This document shows, piece by piece, positions 18,751 to 27,108 of a stretch of DNA of 30,496 bases. Made by a program: the position numbers and the translations under genes. The notes beneath the pieces were generated by a model that was not told where the DNA came from, did no database searches, and was given only the letters and a program-made list of their open reading frames with translations. How positions within the stretch are numbered: position 1 is the stretch's first letter; each line of letters opens with the position of its first letter. This stretch comes from a virus (lineage: Duplodnaviria; Caudoviricetes), in IMG/VR virus record IMGVR_UViG_3300025770_000066, positions 1 through 30,496 of that record, one strand, 5' to 3'.

Positions 18751-21039
18751 ATGGCGATTCCAACAGCGTCCAATTACCCCGACGTATTTGATGATGACGA
18801 AAATCTATTTTTGGTTCATGATGCGCTTAGATTAAGATTATCCAAAGATTATAATCCCGGCGACAAAACAATAGAAACCGATGGAGAGGTTCTTGTGGCT
18901 GGTTTAATGCCAGCATCAGGCATAATCACCTTGACAGAACAATGCAGCGACATTGATAAACGTGCCTTGTCTTTTCATTATGGATCATTTGATATTACAA
19001 CATTAGTGTTTTCGGATTTAGATATCATAGAAGGATTTGAAGACACACAAAAACTGAAGAGAATAACCAACGTGACAATAAATGTCACAGCACGTCATCA
19101 CAATCACATTAAAGACTCTTTAATCGCCATAGAAAAATTTATTGGAATTGAAGGAACTACTGATGTTGTCCCTTTTGGCCCAACATTAGAAGGAAGAATC
19201 AACTTCTTGAGAAATTTGGTTCTTGTTCCCAAAGCATGGTTTACTGCTGATAGAAGAATTGGAAACATTCCTTTAGAAGTTGAGTTTAGAGACATGAGCT
19301 TTCGTCTCGGAACAGATGGCAATTCAGGCACCACAAAACTTACATGGGACTTTGGAGATCAAACCACATCTATAATTTCCAACTTTAGCACAATTAGTGT
19401 AAGTGATTTCGTTCCCACTGATCAAGTTGAAGTATTAGTGCTTGATGAAGATGGCGGTAAAGTAAAGAAGACTTATCATCAACCGGGAGTTTATGATGTG
19501 GCTTTAACTGTAGAAAATGATTTTGGCAAAGACACCATTATACTTCCCGACTTCATCAATGCTAGAGTTCAAGCTCCAGATGATGCCATTGTTCGTTTTA
19601 TCGAGAACACATCAACACAAGACGCAACTCCCGGAGTTCCTCCCAATGGTCCATTTTCAACAGTTCCAAAAATTCGCTCTCCCATTAACACATTGATTCA
19701 AATTGAAATTGAATCAGGAGAAAACCCTTCTACTCCGGGAATAAGTTTTGCTGGAGAACAACTAGATGGAGGAGGGAATCCAATTGATCCTATAGAAACT
19801 TATACATGGAATCTTGGAGACGACTTACAACATCCCAACACAGCAGACACTAAAGCTGCATATTCCATTGGTGGAATATTTGATCTTAGATTAAGAGTAG
19901 ACACAGAGTTTGGTGCTTATCGAATTACAACCTACGAAGATTCAATTGATATCATTGAAAACACAAACATGTGGTTGTGGTTATTTGACGATGCAGGAAC
20001 AAATGCAAGATCATATGAATTTGGATTGATTAGTGAAACATTTAAGTTAACTCCAGCAAGCACTCTTGCAGTGTCCAGAAACGATAGTTTCCTTACAGGA
20101 CAGCCAGATGAAGTAAGACAAAAAAGAGAGTTCAAAAAGAACACAGGGTTTACTCAAAGAGGAACTTTGACCTCTGGAGGCGGTGGGGCATCGCTTCTTT
20201 ACTGGGCAAGTGGAAGAGGGGCCGCTGATCCAGCCAGTTCGGAGTTGATTAGAGTTGTGGAGTATGTTGGTTTTAATGACACATACATCACAAGACCTTC
20301 CATAACAAGACAATGGAACTGGGCCAACATAAACACGGGAACAACATCTGCATTTGTTTTTGGAGCAATTTCTTCACATTCTCCTAATACATCTTTTACA
20401 AACACGCAAAAAGATGATTTGGAGCTAACTGGTCTTACTGTCTCAAGTGCTCTCTTATCGGCAGACAATTATTTTAATGGAGCTAACGAACTTGAACAAA
20501 ACACAGCTATTTATGATGTGAATGGCGATCCAACCACCGGACACTTTAGCGTGTACAGAACAGCTTGGAAAGACTTGTCAGGATACATTGCAAGGAACGA
20601 TGGAGTAGGACCATTCTTTAGAATCAAGAGCTTCTATCGCACAGAAGGAAGTGTAGGTTCTCCATTTGAAAACATTAGAAAGATGCAAGATATTCAAGGT
20701 CCAACAAAACTAGATGGAGAGCTTGTTGATATGAGCGAAGGAGTGTTCTTCTTAAACAACTCCGGTTCTGTATCCAAGTTCAATGATGTAGATTTAACAT
20801 GGAGTTCTGGTGGCCCCGGAGCTAACTCATTACTTTACCGTGGTCTTCAAGATACAACTGTTAGTGGATTTGATAATCCAGATAACACAATGTTACTTGT
20901 ATCAGACGGTGATAAACGTGCATATTTAAGTTTTGATTATAGTCCAAATGCCTTGCTGAAATTTAACGAAACAGACTTAACCTTTGCAGCAATGGGAAGT
21001 AGACCTTCCGGCGAGCAGTGGATAGCAGGAGTTTACTAA
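18751..21039 (+). CDS. PKD-domain virion protein with a beta-rich C-terminal region
   Basis: PLEVEFRDMS...LTWDFGD...YHQPGVYDVALTVENDFG and YTWNLGDD...YSIGGIFDLRL; N-terminal domain paralogous to the neighbouring genes; RBS aaggag. Confidence 0.82.
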   Translation: MAIPTASNYPDVFDDDENLFLVHDALRLRLSKDYNPGDKTIETDGEVLVAGLMPASGIITLTEQCSDIDKRALSFHYGSFDITTLVFSDLDIIEGFEDTQKLKRITNVTINVTARHHNHIKDSLIAIEKFIGIEGTTDVVPFGPTLEGRINFLRNLVLVPKAWFTADRRIGNIPLEVEFRDMSFRLGTDGNSGTTKLTWDFGDQTTSIISNFSTISVSDFVPTDQVEVLVLDEDGGKVKKTYHQPGVYDVALTVENDFGKDTIILPDFINARVQAPDDAIVRFIENTSTQDATPGVPPNGPFSTVPKIRSPINTLIQIEIESGENPSTPGISFAGEQLDGGGNPIDPIETYTWNLGDDLQHPNTADTKAAYSIGGIFDLRLRVDTEFGAYRITTYEDSIDIIENTNMWLWLFDDAGTNARSYEFGLISETFKLTPASTLAVSRNDSFLTGQPDEVRQKREFKKNTGFTQRGTLTSGGGGASLLYWASGRGAADPASSELIRVVEYVGFNDTYITRPSITRQWNWANINTGTTSAFVFGAISSHSPNTSFTNTQKDDLELTGLTVSSALLSADNYFNGANELEQNTAIYDVNGDPTTGHFSVYRTAWKDLSGYIARNDGVGPFFRIKSFYRTEGSVGSPFENIRKMQDIQGPTKLDGELVDMSEGVFFLNNSGSVSKFNDVDLTWSSGGPGANSLLYRGLQDTTVSGFDNPDNTMLLVSDGDKRAYLSFDYSPNALLKFNETDLTFAAMGSRPSGEQWIAGVY

Positions 21040-21040
21040 A

Positions 21041-22909
21041 ATGACATTTCCTCCAGTTCCAGTTTTTCCTAAAGCCATTGATACAGATCATGAGTTGTAT
21101 TTGGTTCACAATACAACAGAGACAAGAATCTGTGTAGACAATGTGCCTTGGTCGCAAGAAATAGAAATTGTTCCTGTGTCTTCAACTTCAGTTGAAATAT
21201 GGGCCGACAATGGATTCGCCAATATTGAAGGAGAGCTTCTTTATTACGAAACGGTTGAAAAAGATGTTAATGGAAAAGTAAACAAACTAAAAAAGTGTGC
21301 AAGAAATTTAGGTGGAGAAGACACAAAGTTAAACAAAAAAGGAACGTGGATCAGAAGTTTTGTAGTGGCCGAACATCACAACCAACTTGTAGATGGAATT
21401 TTGAATGCGGAAAATTTCATTGGTTTTAATTTTGATCCAAGACAGGAAACCTTAGACTGGAGAATTAGAAACCTTGAGGGACTAGACATTATTTTTGATG
21501 ACTTTACTTGTCCTGACATAGTTTTCACTTTCAACATCATTGAAGATGATCCAGTGACAGGAAAGCTTGCAGAGTATCTTATAGAAATACAAGGAACTGG
21601 TGGAGCACCAACAGGATTGATTTCAATTATCACACTTAGTTTCGGTGATGGAGCAACCACGGATATTCTGGAGGGAACTCATCGTTATGCCGTAAATGCA
21701 CAAATTGATCCAGTAATCACAGTAATCAATGATAGTTGTGAAATAATTCAAACTCCAGTAAATCGCATAAATCCACTTGAACCACCAGCACTTGTGTTGG
21801 CATCTTTTGATATACCAATTCCAGAAATTCCTGAATTTCCAGATTTTACTTTTGTGCCGTGTGATGTTCCAGAAGTAGACATTAACTTGCCGCCATTGAT
21901 ATTTCCTTGCATATCACTAGAAGGACAAATTGGGCCATTGCCATCTGTAATTGTTGGACCAGATATCAACATGGTTAGCAACGTGACCATAACTGCGAAC
22001 AATCCAATACAAATTTTGCAAAGCATTGTAACAATTGAAGGTGGACCTATCATCATTCCTTCAATTGTTGTGTTCGATCCGCCAGTGCCTCCTACAATTA
22101 TCATTGATCCACCAATTCCTCCTACGATTGTGGTTGTCACCCAATCTAACATCGCTCTTACATTAGATGCGGCAGACCTTCCAAGATTGGAAGTTGATTG
22201 GGGTGCTCCTCCAGAAATGGAAGTTGCTTTGACATTGGCAAAAGAAGCTAAGACACCAGAAATGTTTGCAGCCGATCCTGCAATTGTAAGAGATTTTGGA
22301 GAAGAGTTTGCAGATTTATTTGAAGCCTCTCAAACAATGAAAGTTGAATATGAATCAGTGGGCATTCCAGAAGAGATAAGAATCATTCCTCCTAAAATGC
22401 CAAATGTTAGAGTGGATTCTTCGGACATGCCTCGCACCATTAAATTAGATTGTACAGAAGCTAAAATTCCGACAGACATTGTTATTCATGGTCCAGAAAC
22501 TCCGATACCAAACTCTATTAGACTTAATGGAGATGATCTTCCAGAAGACATCGGATTGGTCTATAAAGGTAAAGGAATCAAGGTTGATACAGAAGGTGTG
22601 TCAATCAAACTTGAAATGGAAAAAGAGATTCCTACAAGAATCTTGGTGGAAATGCCAAAGCCTATTCCTGAGAAAATCATTATTGATGCCAGTGGAATTC
22701 CCGACAAAATAGTTTTAGAAGCACCCGAAGGAATTCCTCTTCTTATACCAGAAGATATTGGGATACCACTTGTCATGCCAGAAAACCCAGAAATAGAAAT
22801 GGTATGGAAGGGAAGTCCAATAGAAGTTAAGATAACCATGGACGAGGTTCTAAACAAAGATGCTGATGGCAGAAATTGTGTTATGATCACACCTTGCCCG
22901 ATAGGATAA
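21041..22909 (+). CDS. Putative virion protein: paralogous N-terminal domain, one degenerate PKD-like domain and a Pro/Ile-rich repetitive C-terminus
   Basis: VVAEHHNQLVDGIL..E.FIG shared with neighbours; LSFGDG...THRY; many [ILMV]PxxI repeats. Confidence 0.7.
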   Translation: MTFPPVPVFPKAIDTDHELYLVHNTTETRICVDNVPWSQEIEIVPVSSTSVEIWADNGFANIEGELLYYETVEKDVNGKVNKLKKCARNLGGEDTKLNKKGTWIRSFVVAEHHNQLVDGILNAENFIGFNFDPRQETLDWRIRNLEGLDIIFDDFTCPDIVFTFNIIEDDPVTGKLAEYLIEIQGTGGAPTGLISIITLSFGDGATTDILEGTHRYAVNAQIDPVITVINDSCEIIQTPVNRINPLEPPALVLASFDIPIPEIPEFPDFTFVPCDVPEVDINLPPLIFPCISLEGQIGPLPSVIVGPDINMVSNVTITANNPIQILQSIVTIEGGPIIIPSIVVFDPPVPPTIIIDPPIPPTIVVVTQSNIALTLDAADLPRLEVDWGAPPEMEVALTLAKEAKTPEMFAADPAIVRDFGEEFADLFEASQTMKVEYESVGIPEEIRIIPPKMPNVRVDSSDMPRTIKLDCTEAKIPTDIVIHGPETPIPNSIRLNGDDLPEDIGLVYKGKGIKVDTEGVSIKLEMEKEIPTRILVEMPKPIPEKIIIDASGIPDKIVLEAPEGIPLLIPEDIGIPLVMPENPEIEMVWKGSPIEVKITMDEVLNKDADGRNCVMITPCPIG

Positions 22910-22911
22910 CT

Positions 22912-23817
22912 ATGCACATAAAACCCCACTCAACAAATAATGAATACATTCGTGCTGGGGACTTGTGGGTGCGTAATTTTGACAAGAAGGTCAAACCTCT
23001 TTCTTTGAATTACATGTTTATAAAGGATGACTATCAAGAAGTGTTTTCCAACACTTCAAGAAATGTCAAGTATCCTCAAGTTTCAGATGAATTGCTTATA
23101 TTCCGCAAGATAGTGATCGTATCTGATGGATTTAATTTCAGCAAAACACATCATGACATGCAAGACTTCCCAAAAGATGTTGCAATATTGACCACAAATG
23201 GAGCTTTAAGATTTTGGGAATTGATGTCTCCTGAAATTGATGCGGAAAACAGAAGAAGCATCAATGGATACATTGCAAACAATCCTTATAAAGAATGTTT
23301 AAGATATCTTCCCAAAAGAGATGTTCAATATTATCCCACCTGTTTAGCTTCATCAAGAACAAATCATGAGTTCTTAGACAAATACAAAGGAGATGTATAT
23401 GTTTACGAGCCATCACCGGAAGATAGTTTTGGAACAAGTAGGAAATCTGGATATTATATAGATGATTACAGAAACCCTATATGTGCCGCTATAGGTCTCG
23501 CATATCAATTCGGAGTAAGAAAATTGATGCTTATGTGTTGTGATGATTCTTTTGAAAAAGAAAGGGATTTCGCAGTTCAGTTAGACAACGGACTCTGGAG
23601 TTATCCACAACATTTAAGAAGTCAAGAAATAATAGATGCCAATTTGTATTGGCTTAAGAATCAAGAAGACAACATAGTAGAAGTTGCAGACTATTCGAAT
23701 GGGTCGAAATACGTTAATGCTTCCTATATAAAATGTAAGGAAGAAGCACGACGCTTTTTTGAAGACGAACTAACGGAGGAGGAAGGAGCCAAAAATGGAA
23801 CAACAACAACAACCTAA
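22912..23817 (+). CDS. Hypothetical protein resembling the DUF115/Maf (sialyltransferase-like) fold
   Basis: IVIVSDG, ILTTNGA and AAIGLAYQFGVRKLMLMCCD parallel the 'IIGxGPS...avN...AiqlA..mG.k.I.L.G.D' pattern. Start moved to the ATG at 22912, just after the upstream stop. Confidence 0.45.
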   Translation: MHIKPHSTNNEYIRAGDLWVRNFDKKVKPLSLNYMFIKDDYQEVFSNTSRNVKYPQVSDELLIFRKIVIVSDGFNFSKTHHDMQDFPKDVAILTTNGALRFWELMSPEIDAENRRSINGYIANNPYKECLRYLPKRDVQYYPTCLASSRTNHEFLDKYKGDVYVYEPSPEDSFGTSRKSGYYIDDYRNPICAAIGLAYQFGVRKLMLMCCDDSFEKERDFAVQLDNGLWSYPQHLRSQEIIDANLYWLKNQEDNIVEVADYSNGSKYVNASYIKCKEEARRFFEDELTEEEGAKNGTTTTT

Positions 23818-24115
23818 ATACAGATCAATATCTGATTTCAAAGACTGGTTTTCAGACCAGAACGGGATGTCTGATTTCTTTAATTTTCAGGCAGACCCCA
23901 ATGAAAAATATATTGGCAATAGAGTCAAATCAAAAGTAAGCGAAGGCAAGCTTATTGAAAAAATAGAATGCGATGATGATGCGGAACAATTAGTTGCAGA
24001 ATTTAGATCAAATGGCGGGACTGTTTTATCCATAGAAGGAAAAAGAGTTCATGTTGAAGTAGACTCAGGGGAGTTCATCATTCCAAGATTCTGCGTTAAA
24101 ATCAAGAAAAGTTAA
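23795..24115 (+). CDS. Hypothetical protein
   Basis: 106 aa ORF with RBS aaggag; last gene of the + strand block, overlapping the convergent gene by 14 nt. Confidence 0.7.
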   Translation: MEQQQQPKYRSISDFKDWFSDQNGMSDFFNFQADPNEKYIGNRVKSKVSEGKLIEKIECDDDAEQLVAEFRSNGGTVLSIEGKRVHVEVDSGEFIIPRFCVKIKKS

Positions 24116-24842
24116 CGCTTCTCATCAAGCAGTAAAGTTCTTCAATCTCTTTTTCGGCCCAATCAAGCTTTAAGGGTCTAACTGCTCTTTGATCAGACAT
24201 TATTCCATATTTCGCTAGTCCATCCTTTGATGCCATGGAACACAAAATGCTATAAGACGCCAAATGTACGTTCCATAGGCTTAACGCTTTGTTTGGAAGG
24301 TGCATGATCTTTTCTTTATCAAAATTATCATGTATTCTGGTGTGAGCACCTGCTGAATAGCAATTCCAATGACAGCCGCCTCTTAAAGCAAAGCAATTGC
24401 TTCCAATAATCGAATCGTTCTGAACGAATTTCTCAACCGAGAAAGTGGAGTATTGCCAGCAGTCCCAGTAAATGAGATCGATATCATCTCTTTCTGCAAA
24501 TGCTTCTTTAATATCTTCTACAACTGCTGGATTGTGCCAATCGTCATCATCTGAAATAATTACGATAGTGTCTTTGTCAAAATCAGGGCCTCTATCAGAA
24601 CGATGAACTTCGCAATCTAATCTTGCCCAATTTTTTTCAGCGATCTCTTTCATTTGAGTTCGAATTTCAAAGAAAGAAGGAGATAAGATTTCTTCCCATT
24701 TTTGCAATCTTTCAAAAAACTTATCATAATTTTTACCTTTAGATCGACACCAACCTTCAGTGGTAGCATAGTCTTGAAATGTTTTCACATTTTCAAAATT
24801 CTGCCAATCTTCAGTTGTTGTTGTGACTAATACAAAGTCCAT
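24102..24842 (-). CDS. Putative GT-A fold glycosyltransferase-like protein
   Basis: IVIISDDDDW (DxD) followed by DIDLIYW; directly downstream of the sugar dehydrogenase. Confidence 0.5.
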   Translation of the reverse strand: MDFVLVTTTTEDWQNFENVKTFQDYATTEGWCRSKGKNYDKFFERLQKWEEILSPSFFEIRTQMKEIAEKNWARLDCEVHRSDRGPDFDKDTIVIISDDDDWHNPAVVEDIKEAFAERDDIDLIYWDCWQYSTFSVEKFVQNDSIIGSNCFALRGGCHWNCYSAGAHTRIHDNFDKEKIMHLPNKALSLWNVHLASYSILCSMASKDGLAKYGIMSDQRAVRPLKLDWAEKEIEELYCLMRSVNFS

Positions 24843-25721
24843 TTAAGTAACCGCTCTGCCTTTAAGTTGTTCCCAATCTTTCTCTGGACGAACTCTAAGA
24901 TTAGTTTGCCAAGCACCTTCTAAAGTACGACAGTTGACTTGAAGTTTCTCAGCTTGTTTTATGAAAGCGTTAAGGTCTTTAGGGAAGCAACTTCCACCAA
25001 ATCCCTTCTTGCCATCCGGTCCCGGAACGGACCAATGTGATGATCCCAGTCTTTCATCCTTAATGGCGTATTCTACAACCTTGTCATAATCTTCTCCAAG
25101 TGCTTCGCAGACCTGAGACATCTCATTTGCAAATGAAACCTTTGTGGCAAGAAAACAATTGGTTGTGTATTTGACAAGCTCTGCAATGGTTGATGATGTT
25201 TTAGTGACAGGAACGTCTGGATATGCTTTTTCATACATCGCTTTAAGTGCGTTAGTGCCTTCTCGTGGACCGCCTATAATGATTCTATCTTGGTTCTTGA
25301 AGTCCTCAACAGAAGCACGTTCTGTAAGGAACTCAGGATTAAAGCAAACCCAATCTCCAGAAGTCTTATTGAGATTTTCTGTAGTTCCCGGTGGCACAGT
25401 GGATTTGATCACGATAACTTTGTGATTTCCGGGATTAAGTTCATCAAGCATTTTGACAGCATCTTCCACAATTTTTGTATTACACGTTCCATCTGGATTC
25501 ATGGGGGTTGGAAGACAAACAAAAATGATGTCGCATTTAGCAAGAATTTGCTTAAACCCACTTTCAACATTGTCTCCTGTGCTGGTCTGAAATCCTTTGC
25601 CACCCATCCATCCTGTCACTCCTGTTTTGATGTCATAAGCCCAAATCTCAAAAGCATGTTTCATGCCTTCAAAAATAGCCGTTCCAACAAACCCTTGTCC
25701 AATGATTCCAATTGTGTCCAT
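24843..25721 (-). CDS. ugd: UDP-glucose/GDP-mannose 6-dehydrogenase family protein (short form)
   Basis: GIIGQGFVG Rossmann motif, FVCLPTP, IKSTVPPGTT, FNPEFLTE, AELVKY..N.FLATKVSFANE and GFGGSCFPKD with the catalytic Cys. Start placed at the ATG at 25721 (292 aa), preceded by gaagga. Confidence 0.92.
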   Translation of the reverse strand: MDTIGIIGQGFVGTAIFEGMKHAFEIWAYDIKTGVTGWMGGKGFQTSTGDNVESGFKQILAKCDIIFVCLPTPMNPDGTCNTKIVEDAVKMLDELNPGNHKVIVIKSTVPPGTTENLNKTSGDWVCFNPEFLTERASVEDFKNQDRIIIGGPREGTNALKAMYEKAYPDVPVTKTSSTIAELVKYTTNCFLATKVSFANEMSQVCEALGEDYDKVVEYAIKDERLGSSHWSVPGPDGKKGFGGSCFPKDLNAFIKQAEKLQVNCRTLEGAWQTNLRVRPEKDWEQLKGRAVT

Positions 25722-25722
25722 C

Positions 25723-25911
25723 TTAAAATCCTTCTTTCTTCCAGTTGACTGCCGATGATTCAACATTTACCATATTGGCCCAATATATGAATTCCCGATC
25801 CATATCTCGTATTACATTACTGACTATTTCTTCAACATCAATGCCGCCCCATGCTTCTAAATCTTGTTGAGCCTCAATAGACCACGTTGCTTTCAATATA
25901 CGATCTGTCAA
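25723..25911 (-). CDS. 62-aa protein: gp23 major-capsid-like fragment fused to C-terminal VNWKKEGF
   Basis: TTG start overlapping the upstream TGA, preceded by aaggagg. RILKATWSIEAQQDL...G.D...DRE..W.N resembles a conserved gp23 segment. Confidence 0.7.
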   Translation of the reverse strand: MTDRILKATWSIEAQQDLEAWGGIDVEEIVSNVIRDMDREFIYWANMVNVESSAVNWKKEGF

Positions 25912-26354
25912 AACCCCTCCTTCAACCAGTTCACTTTATCTTTGATTATTCTTGCCCTGCCACCACTGTTAGATGCAAACCTGTAATTGTCTATCCATTC
26001 TGTGTTTATGTTTAATGGAAACTCAGGACGACCATCTTGAAGATCATATAATGGAACTTCAACTCTACGAACCGGTAATCCAAACAATGCTGTTAGAGCA
26101 GCTTCACGTGCATCATCTGGATCGCTTACAGCATCTCTGTTTGAGTAATGCTGTTGAGACCTCATTTCCGTCAAAGCTCTTTGCCTTACTTCATCTTTAA
26201 GCAATTGATATGCTGAATCGATGTAATTTTGACGGTAGTTATCTAACGAAATATACATTCGAGATTGGACACGTCTGTTACCAACTTGAGTGTATGCTGA
26301 TATAACAGTTTGCCTTCTCGTCAAATCTTCATGTTCTGTAAAATGTATTTCCAA
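25908..26354 (-). CDS. Hypothetical protein ending in VNWLKEGF
   Basis: TTG start with ggagga upstream; tight packing with neighbours; shared C-terminal motif. Confidence 0.7.
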   Translation of the reverse strand: MEIHFTEHEDLTRRQTVISAYTQVGNRRVQSRMYISLDNYRQNYIDSAYQLLKDEVRQRALTEMRSQQHYSNRDAVSDPDDAREAALTALFGLPVRRVEVPLYDLQDGRPEFPLNINTEWIDNYRFASNSGGRARIIKDKVNWLKEGF

Positions 26355-26362
26355 TTATCCTC

Positions 26363-26551
26363 CTAGAATCCTTCCTTTCTCCAATCAAAATCTTTCGGCG
26401 GCTTATCAAGAAAAATTACGCCTAAAAAATCAGTGTAATGATATTCGTCTCCACGGTGGATAAGAATCACATCTTCTGATTCCACCCAACCGTAGATACG
26501 AAAATCATGTGGATTGAAAATCGGCATTCCGAAAGGAGTATCAGTAGGCAT
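26363..26551 (-). CDS. Hypothetical small protein ending in FDWRKEGF
   Basis: ATG-started 62-aa ORF filling the gap exactly; shared C-terminal motif. Confidence 0.65.
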   Translation of the reverse strand: MPTDTPFGMPIFNPHDFRIYGWVESEDVILIHRGDEYHYTDFLGVIFLDKPPKDFDWRKEGF

Positions 26552-26564
26552 ACCCTATGTATGC

Positions 26565-27107
26565 TTAATCGCATATCACTTCCAAATCCTCATTAACTTT
26601 GCAAATCATGGATTCATCAAGTTTAAGATCGCCTCGATGTGCCTCGGCATGGCAGTTCTTACATAAGCACACGCATTTGTTGATCTCATCAATAATTTTG
26701 GAGAAAGAGTATGAACACATTTTTGCAACTTCCTTCATTTTTGTTGAGGGATCAAAATGATGAAAATCAATCTGATATGGATTCAGTTCCCCTGCCCAAG
26801 AGCAATCTGGGTTTTGACACCCATAATGGGAAGCGACCTTGTTCATGAAAGCCAAACCCTCTGTGCGACGTTTTAATGATCTAGCGAGAACTTTTTCTCT
26901 GTTCTTCTGGTAACTCTCCTTGGCACGTAACCTCTTTGCCTCAATTACTTCAGGCTGAGATTCATACTCATCCATATAAGACTTTTTCTTTGCTCGGTTA
27001 TCGGGAGAAGAGATGTATTCCTTGTAGTAAGCAATCCTCTTCTCCCGATGTTTTCTGGCAGACTTCCTTCCAGCTTCTCGCCTTTTGTCTGCATCCTTGT
27101 ATGGCAT
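26565..27107 (-). CDS. HNH endonuclease (homing-endonuclease type)
   Basis: Basic helical N-terminus; CQNPDC, IDFHHFDP..K and EINKCVCLCKNCHAEAH form the zinc-binding HNH motif. Confidence 0.85.
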   Translation of the reverse strand: MPYKDADKRREAGRKSARKHREKRIAYYKEYISSPDNRAKKKSYMDEYESQPEVIEAKRLRAKESYQKNREKVLARSLKRRTEGLAFMNKVASHYGCQNPDCSWAGELNPYQIDFHHFDPSTKMKEVAKMCSYSFSKIIDEINKCVCLCKNCHAEAHRGDLKLDESMICKVNEDLEVICD

Positions 27108-27108
27108 A

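Noticed and set aside
24090-24130. Intrinsic terminator at the convergent junction (also checked near 16340)
   Set aside because: The convergent genes overlap and no GC-rich hairpin with a U-tract is visible.
25722-25766. N-terminal extension of Ugd given by the ORF track (start 25766)
   Set aside because: It overlaps the upstream tagged ORF. The ATG at 25721 has an RBS and places the Rossmann motif at the usual N-terminal position.
25723-26386. The W-x-KEGF ends as a DNA repeat, attC-like site or CRISPR-like array
   Set aside because: Copies differ at third codon positions and in stop codon, spacing is irregular and no palindrome is visible. Conservation is at the peptide level.
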